A stretch of DNA of 64,000 bases from Methanobacteriota archaeon (GTDB lineage: Archaea > Thermoplasmatota > Poseidoniia > Poseidoniales > Thalassarchaeaceae). Below, one piece after another: positions 58,552-64,000 of this stretch (position 1 is the stretch's first letter; each line of letters opens with the position of its first letter). Location of the stretch: the NCBI GenBank assembly GCA_004195715.1, contig PSPX01000005.1, forward strand, positions 200 through 64,199, in the 5' to 3' direction. A model generated the notes under the pieces. The model was not told where the DNA came from. It saw only the letters and a list, made by a program, of their open reading frames with translations, and did not search any database. Position numbers and translations under genes: made by a program.

Positions 58552-60687
58552 TTATTCGACCTCTACCTTGTTCGGCTTGAAACCGAACGCCTCGAAGGGC
58601 AGGCCGCTCCCCTCGTAGAACTGCATCATCCACTCGACGAAGTGCAAACGCACTGTGTGGATATTTGGACTGAATACGCCCAGCACTAGGGCGAAGAGTT
58701 GTACAAGTAGCCAGCCAACAAACATTACCGGCAATAACGCGATGTCAATAGTCGATGCATGACCTAAGTCTGACAGAGTGTGAGCCATTCCCTCGTAAAT
58801 CATCTCATTTCCGGTGGCGGCAATCTTCACGCCAACTACTCCGACTGCGAACAACCTGACGTAGGAGACTACCTTAGGGAGCATTCCTAACGACTCTAAG
58901 ACCCCAAGCGGGATTCCTATTACGCCCATCTTCTCATAGTGCGCGAGCAGTACCATGACCATCACTACGCCAACTCCCATGATAGCTACTCCAGGCATCA
59001 TTAACTCAGATGCTGAATCCACTAAGAATGCATATGCGAAAATGAAGCCGCCAATCAAGACAGTCATCCACGAGCCTTTCTCGAACAGTGCATCGACGAA
59101 TCCGTGGGCCTTGTAGATGTCCCGGAAGCCAAGAATGAGTCCAAGGAAAACATGGATGACTCCCATGTAGATGGTGATGAGTATTAGGTTCTCGAGGTTT
59201 GAAGTTACTCGGTGGAAGGGGTAGGCAAGGACGAGGTTTAGTGGCCCTTCCCAGACCGCGTAGAATTCGCCACCATTCGGGTACAGATTTGTCATCCATG
59301 CTACCCACCAAGGCGCGTGTGCACTATCCCAGCCATAGTGCCCATGTGCTGCATCGCACTGTGCGACTCCGATCACTCCCTCGATGTCGCAGTGACCGTG
59401 AGGCAGGAATTCGAAGCCGGCGAATTCGCCGTATATGTAACCAAAGATTACTGTAGACAATCCTATGGTGAACAGAAATCCTCCAACATTCTTCATCATT
59501 GGATTGATTGGGAAACGTCGCCAGATGAACCAAGCCATGCCCATCACCGCTAGGCCATAGGCCATGTCACCGAGTATCAGTCCGAAGAACAATGGATAGG
59601 TCAGGAACATGAAGAAGGTGGGGTCAATTCTACCGTAGGCCGGACGGCCCATCACATCGGTCAGCATTTCGAACGGTTTGCTGAAGTTCCTAGGAGAAAA
59701 TGCGATGGGCGGGAGTTCGGACGCGTCCTCGTCGTGATGGAGGTTACTGTTGTGTGCAGGCGGGGCGAACTTCTCTATGCTGACATGGGTGCAAATGCTG
59801 GACAATGCGGCCTCGACCTCGGGGGCTGTCTCGGAGTTGACCCATCCATCTAGGACAAAGGCGTGATCGCTCACAGCAACCCTGACGGGAGCAGTGGCGA
59901 GCTCTAAATCCCTCTCAAGAAGTTCCATGCCGCCAAACAGCATGCCACCGTTTGACTCGGACCAATCAGAGATCTTCAACTCCAATTCCTCTGTCATCTC
60001 GTTAATCTCGGCCTTCCTCTGCTGTAACTGTAGAATCCTATCCGAAGGCAGACCCTCGGAATCAGGGACAGATATAGCTTGGAAATCCTCGTTGGATAGC
60101 ATCTCATGCACCGAAGGGGCATCCGTGTTGCGGCAGAACACTGCTACGACTGACGACTTTCCTACTTCACTGCTCATGTGGATAGCAGAGTCCCCTAGGC
60201 CAGCCAGAGCGGGCCTAGCCTTGGTCAATGAAGAAACGGTGCCGATGAATGATGTCACGTTCTGATAGCCTCCCATTAAATCAAGCTCGAGGCTGAGAGG
60301 TGTTAGCATCTGTAGCACTTCCAACTCCTCATCGATCTGAGAGGATTCGTTTCGAAGCGTGTCTAATTCCTCGAAACTCTCCAATGCTGAGTCGACGAGT
60401 TCGTCAATGGGTCCCGACAGCGTCCTACGGACCTCTGGTGCTGACAGCAGCTCCCTCTGATCTGCAGCCTGCAAGTTTGAAGCCGCTCCTCGCATCTTGG
60501 TGAGTCGTCTACTGATACTCTCGGACTCATCTGTCGGAGAGCCCATGAACAGCCCCTCTTCGGTGCTGCTGTAATCGTTGATGTGCACCATAGACAGGCC
60601 TGCGATCACGTCTATCGCTGTCTTGAGTTGGTCTCGGGTGCCAGCAGCGACCAGCCGGGACATCTCCTCGGTGGTGAACTGACTCAT
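58552..60687 (-). CDS. atpI: A-type ATP synthase subunit I
   Basis: 711 aa. Soluble N-terminal half and a C-terminal half with about 7-8 TM helices. Confidence 0.85.
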   Translation of the reverse strand: MSQFTTEEMSRLVAAGTRDQLKTAIDVIAGLSMVHINDYSSTEEGLFMGSPTDESESISRRLTKMRGAASNLQAADQRELLSAPEVRRTLSGPIDELVDSALESFEELDTLRNESSQIDEELEVLQMLTPLSLELDLMGGYQNVTSFIGTVSSLTKARPALAGLGDSAIHMSSEVGKSSVVAVFCRNTDAPSVHEMLSNEDFQAISVPDSEGLPSDRILQLQQRKAEINEMTEELELKISDWSESNGGMLFGGMELLERDLELATAPVRVAVSDHAFVLDGWVNSETAPEVEAALSSICTHVSIEKFAPPAHNSNLHHDEDASELPPIAFSPRNFSKPFEMLTDVMGRPAYGRIDPTFFMFLTYPLFFGLILGDMAYGLAVMGMAWFIWRRFPINPMMKNVGGFLFTIGLSTVIFGYIYGEFAGFEFLPHGHCDIEGVIGVAQCDAAHGHYGWDSAHAPWWVAWMTNLYPNGGEFYAVWEGPLNLVLAYPFHRVTSNLENLILITIYMGVIHVFLGLILGFRDIYKAHGFVDALFEKGSWMTVLIGGFIFAYAFLVDSASELMMPGVAIMGVGVVMVMVLLAHYEKMGVIGIPLGVLESLGMLPKVVSYVRLFAVGVVGVKIAATGNEMIYEGMAHTLSDLGHASTIDIALLPVMFVGWLLVQLFALVLGVFSPNIHTVRLHFVEWMMQFYEGSGLPFEAFGFKPNKVEVE

Positions 60688-60709
60688 ATTGCACCTCGTA
60701 TCAGTTGCC

Positions 60710-61027
60710 TCAGGCTTTGCGGAAGGCAGAGAGCACTACTTCGGCAGCCGACTTGCGGTTCTTCTTGCCGTTGACTGCGACCTTCTCTAACTTGGAATCG
60801 CCCTCTGTGGAAACTTTAGTCGCCTCCTTCGCGGAAGAAGCGCGAGCTTCACTGGTTATCGAAGCGGCCTCGTCGTCGGCACTCTGCCGTCCTGTGCTCA
60901 ATGTCTCCGATGCCGTGACGCGAGCGTTTGAGATGGTCTCGCTCGCCTTGGCTGCGGCATCGATACGGATCCTCTCCGCTTCGCTCTCTGAGTCTTTGAT
61001 GGTGCGGAGTACTTCTGCTCGCCCCAT
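60710..61027 (-). CDS. atpH: A-type ATP synthase subunit H
   Basis: MGRAEVLRTIKDSESEAERIRIDAAAKASE coiled-coil start. First gene of the H-I-K-E-C-F-A-B-D block. Start moved to the ATG at 61027; the track ORF extends to 61147. Confidence 0.6.
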   Translation of the reverse strand: MGRAEVLRTIKDSESEAERIRIDAAAKASETISNARVTASETLSTGRQSADDEAASITSEARASSAKEATKVSTEGDSKLEKVAVNGKKNRKSAAEVVLSAFRKA

Positions 61028-61045
61028 AGTGTCACCTTCGGTGAC

Positions 61046-61861
61046 ATGCGTGAATGTCGAACAGTATATCACCTTGACCTTCTCATTCCTTCGTCTTACT
61101 GGAACATATCTGCGGGATTCAACCAAATACAGGAGGCTGGAGGGCAAGACGTGGATACCGAAAAGATCGGTGCCGAGGAGTGGGATGAACTCCAGCGCAA
61201 TCTTGAGGAAAGTATTCCGGTGTATGATAGAATCAACAGATTCGCCACATTGGGGCAGGTCTCCAGATGGCGCAGGATGGTTAGAGATGAGCTCCCTCAG
61301 AATGGTCGCATCCTCGAGGTCGGATGCGGGCCGGGGAGCTTCGCAGAGGATGTCGCCGGTAGGAATCTAGTGTGTCTCGACCCAATTCCCGAGATGCTCA
61401 GGATTGCCGAGGCCCGTGTCGGTCCGAAGAGAGCTGCTAGAGGAGACTCGGCGGTCGAGTTCGTAGAGGGGACGGCAGAGGAGTTGCCTTTCGAGGCTGG
61501 TTCGTTCGACGCGGTTTGCTCGCTGTTTTCATTCAGAGATTGGTACGACAAGCGCGCAGGCCTTGCGGAGGTGCTGAGAGTACTCAAGCCCGGTGGCACC
61601 CTAGTGATAGTGGACCCTGCCAAGATGAATCGCCTCCACGGCATCCTTGGATGGCTATGGATGAGAATCTGGGTTGGAGCATACGCTAGACTGATTTTCA
61701 GGAGAAGCGACCACCCCTGGAGGTGGCTGGCGAAGACATACGCCAGTTTCGGAACCACGAGAGATTACGTCAAGATGCTCGAAGAGGTTGGCTTCGTCGA
61801 CGTCCGGGCAAAGGTGGTGTTCCCCGGTATGGCCACCATCTGGTATGCGTCTTCACCTTAA
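61046..61861 (+). CDS. Class I SAM-dependent methyltransferase, UbiE/MenG family
   Basis: YDRINRFATLGQVSRWRR N-terminal block. ILEVGCGPG SAM motif I. LKPGGTLVI post-II motif. Confidence 0.65.
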   Translation: MRECRTVYHLDLLIPSSYWNISAGFNQIQEAGGQDVDTEKIGAEEWDELQRNLEESIPVYDRINRFATLGQVSRWRRMVRDELPQNGRILEVGCGPGSFAEDVAGRNLVCLDPIPEMLRIAEARVGPKRAARGDSAVEFVEGTAEELPFEAGSFDAVCSLFSFRDWYDKRAGLAEVLRVLKPGGTLVIVDPAKMNRLHGILGWLWMRIWVGAYARLIFRRSDHPWRWLAKTYASFGTTRDYVKMLEEVGFVDVRAKVVFPGMATIWYASSP

Positions 61862-62955
61862 CCTAGCAGAGAACGGCAGGTCACTGCACGCCAGATGAGA
61901 GGTTTAGTCAATCTGTTGAAGGTCAGATTAAGCAACCAATCAGGTGAGCGGAACAACAGACTCCCGAGCCTGAATGCCCGCTTCGAATTGCGCATCACCT
62001 TACCCATCTGATCCTCCCATCTCACCTCGTACTCACTGAGTGGGGTGCCTACACGAAGGTGCTCTTCGACGACCTGTCCGGCGATGCGCCCACCAATCAT
62101 CGCGATGGTTATTCCAGCGCCGTTCGAAGGGAGGACCATGCCAGCCGCATCGCCGACGAGCAGGTGGTTGCCCTTGACGAAGGAGCCGATCGAGCCTGAC
62201 ATCGGCAATGAACCGGCTCCCCTGAATTCGACCCTTCCATCGTACCTCGAGATGAACTCCTCGGAGTACTCGTTCAGGCTCTTCCCACGGGCTAAGGCCG
62301 TCTGGATTCCGAGGCCGATGTTAGCGCCGCCCCGCTTGGGGAACTTCCAGGCGTACCCACCCGGGGCCATCGAGCCGAAATGAAGCTCTAGGGCGTCTTC
62401 GAAGTCTCCGGACATAAGGACGAACTTGACAGGGATGATGAGCGACTCGACCTCCCACTCGGACTTACGCAAGGGGTCGTTGTGACCACCGGCTCCGATA
62501 ACTACCCTAGCGGTGTACTCCGAACCGTCCCTGAGACGTACTGCCTCACCGTCTACGCTCTCGACCCTGCTGCCGACCAAGTACTGCGCACCCTTCGACT
62601 TAGCGAGCTTGACTAAGGCCTCATCGTGGGCAACCCGATCCAGCACTATACCCTCAAAATCATAGCACAGCGGCTTGCCGGAAGGTGGGACCAGCCTCAT
62701 CTCACTGGTACGCATAGAGACTGCCGAATCGGGAGTCCTCAGAAGGTCGTCAATCTCGGGAACGTCGGGGCACAACCTACGCATCTCGGCGTTGCTGGGA
62801 ACCAGTTCGCCGCACTGCAGCGGCGAGCCGATCGAATCCCTGCCATCTATGACCAGCACGTCGGCCCCACCTTCGGCGATGTAGCGAGCGGCGGTGCTGC
62901 CCGCCGGACCCCCTCCTATCACTATGGCGTCCCAGTCGGTGCGGGGCGGTTGCAT
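61858..62955 (-). CDS. Geranylgeranyl reductase (digeranylgeranylglycerophospholipid reductase), FAD-dependent
   Basis: WDAIVIGGGPAGSTAARYIAEGGADVLVID dinucleotide-binding motif. 365 aa. Adjacent to the GGPP synthase gene. Confidence 0.8.
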   Translation of the reverse strand: MQPPRTDWDAIVIGGGPAGSTAARYIAEGGADVLVIDGRDSIGSPLQCGELVPSNAEMRRLCPDVPEIDDLLRTPDSAVSMRTSEMRLVPPSGKPLCYDFEGIVLDRVAHDEALVKLAKSKGAQYLVGSRVESVDGEAVRLRDGSEYTARVVIGAGGHNDPLRKSEWEVESLIIPVKFVLMSGDFEDALELHFGSMAPGGYAWKFPKRGGANIGLGIQTALARGKSLNEYSEEFISRYDGRVEFRGAGSLPMSGSIGSFVKGNHLLVGDAAGMVLPSNGAGITIAMIGGRIAGQVVEEHLRVGTPLSEYEVRWEDQMGKVMRNSKRAFRLGSLLFRSPDWLLNLTFNRLTKPLIWRAVTCRSLLG

Positions 62956-62959
62956 GTGC

Positions 62960-63940
62960 TCAGTTCCGGCGCGATTCGGAGATTCTGACTAACTCGAACA
63001 TCATGTCGCGCGCTTCAGTCCTAGGCAGAGTTTCAAGCGCATTCATGGCACGCTCGACGTGATTCTCAATGAGTTGTTTCACGTAGTACAAGGATTCTGC
63101 TGCATCAAGCAACTCAATCAGCTCTTCCCACCGCTCGTCGCTGAAGTTCTGAAGCACGTCGGCCAACTGCTCGCGCTCGGCCCCGTGCAGCATGGTCAGT
63201 GCGTGGATGAGGGGTAGAGTCATCTTGCCATCGTGAACGTCGGTTCCCCTCGGTTTGCCCATAGACGGTTCTCCGGTAAGATCCAGCAGGTCATCGACCA
63301 TCTGGAAGGCCCTTCCGAACTCCATGCCGAATAGCTCCAATGCAGTGACTGTCGCCTCGGGAGCTTTTGCCAATACTGCTGCGCCCCAGCATCCCGAAGC
63401 GAAGGGGAAGGCGGTCTTGCCATCGACGATGGCATAGTAGTCCTCCGGAGTGGTGGCGAGGTTTCCGATGTGCTCGAGCTGTTGGAGCTCACCAGTGGCG
63501 ATTCGTCCGCAAGTTTCAGCCACGCGCTCTACCACTTTATCCTCGTGACGCCCCCCGAGACCAAAACCCAGTGCGAACAGGTAGTCTCCTGCTATGATGG
63601 CATGAGGTAGGCCGCTGGAGGTGTGCAAGGTAGGCTTGCCACGGCGGATCTTCGACTGGTCGTAGATGTCATCGTGGACGAGGGTTGCTGTGTGGATTAT
63701 CTCTGCGGACATTGCGAAATTCATGACCTTGGAGATGTCGTCACCACCGGCGGCCTCGAAGGCGAGGAGGGCGATGATGGGGCGGTACCTCTTGCCCCCT
63801 GCCAACAGGATGTCGCTAGCCAGTTTCATCGCCGGGGCCTCTGAGCCGGCCATGCGCTGCTGAACGAATCCCTCGAGCGCTTCCTCGATGGTATCTCTAC
63901 GTCTGTCGAGATCTGCCATGATTGAGCCCATCGAGACCAT
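62960..63940 (-). CDS. idsA: Geranylgeranyl diphosphate synthase (trans-polyprenyl synthetase)
   Basis: FARM LVHDDIYDQSKIRRGKPT. SARM MVDDLLDLTGEPSMGKPRGTDVHDGKMT. Confidence 0.85.
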   Translation of the reverse strand: MVSMGSIMADLDRRRDTIEEALEGFVQQRMAGSEAPAMKLASDILLAGGKRYRPIIALLAFEAAGGDDISKVMNFAMSAEIIHTATLVHDDIYDQSKIRRGKPTLHTSSGLPHAIIAGDYLFALGFGLGGRHEDKVVERVAETCGRIATGELQQLEHIGNLATTPEDYYAIVDGKTAFPFASGCWGAAVLAKAPEATVTALELFGMEFGRAFQMVDDLLDLTGEPSMGKPRGTDVHDGKMTLPLIHALTMLHGAEREQLADVLQNFSDERWEELIELLDAAESLYYVKQLIENHVERAMNALETLPRTEARDMMFELVRISESRRN

Positions 63941-64000
63941 GTGATTCGTCCTTTCTTGGCAGGGGTCGCCTTATCAACAAGTGTGCGTGCCGACTGAACG

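Overview
This window is an archaeal chromosomal segment of moderately high GC content. It combines a reverse-gyrase-free DNA gyrase pair (gyrB/gyrA), a class II HMG-CoA reductase, an A-type ATPase operon in the order H-I-K-E-C-F-A-B-D, Orc1/Cdc6, an S6e-aIF2gamma-PIN cluster, Dph2, L10e, an Nmd3-like protein and geranylgeranyl reductase plus GGPP synthase. This mix points to a Thermoplasmatota / Marine-Group-II-like euryarchaeon; that placement is an inference from gene content only, with no database search run.

Gene content is mostly housekeeping:
- smc-scpA-scpB
- sufCBD plus a divergent NifU-like gene
- aroA and aroD
- tmk, a KPR-like reductase, a Maf-like gene, a UbiE-like methyltransferase and a PRTase
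- a ccm(AB-fusion)-C-D heme-export cluster
- one tRNA-Ser(GCU) with a genomically encoded CCA

Two regions encode large secreted, membrane-anchored proteases:
- A rhomboid protease sits immediately upstream of a roughly 1580-aa subtilase that is split by an apparent +1 frameshift. Its C-terminal part carries a TM anchor and a cytoplasmic zinc ribbon; the rhomboid also ends in a zinc ribbon.
- A glutaminyl cyclase, a membrane protein and a tmk fusion lie next to a 1369-aa HEXXH/PKD-domain surface protein.

Regulatory candidates found by eye:
- six copies of a TTAACGC(A/T)T motif between hmgA and a divergent AAA-like/wHTH gene
- a TTTTAGG-N4-CCTAAAA palindrome in the nifU / sufCBD divergent promoter
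- two palindromes upstream of gyrB
- 16-bp direct repeats upstream of smc
- CATATG boxes at the orc1 start

Other observations:
- an unannotated 52-codon Cys-rich ORF with a leaderless-type AT box
- a CcmD-like micro-ORF
- a thymidylate kinase with a roughly 230-aa C-terminal extension of unknown function
- an acidic tail on SMC
- a degenerate site-2-protease-like membrane protein

No CRISPR array, transposase or intein was seen. Most long antisense ORFs in the six-frame track look like GC-driven artefacts.
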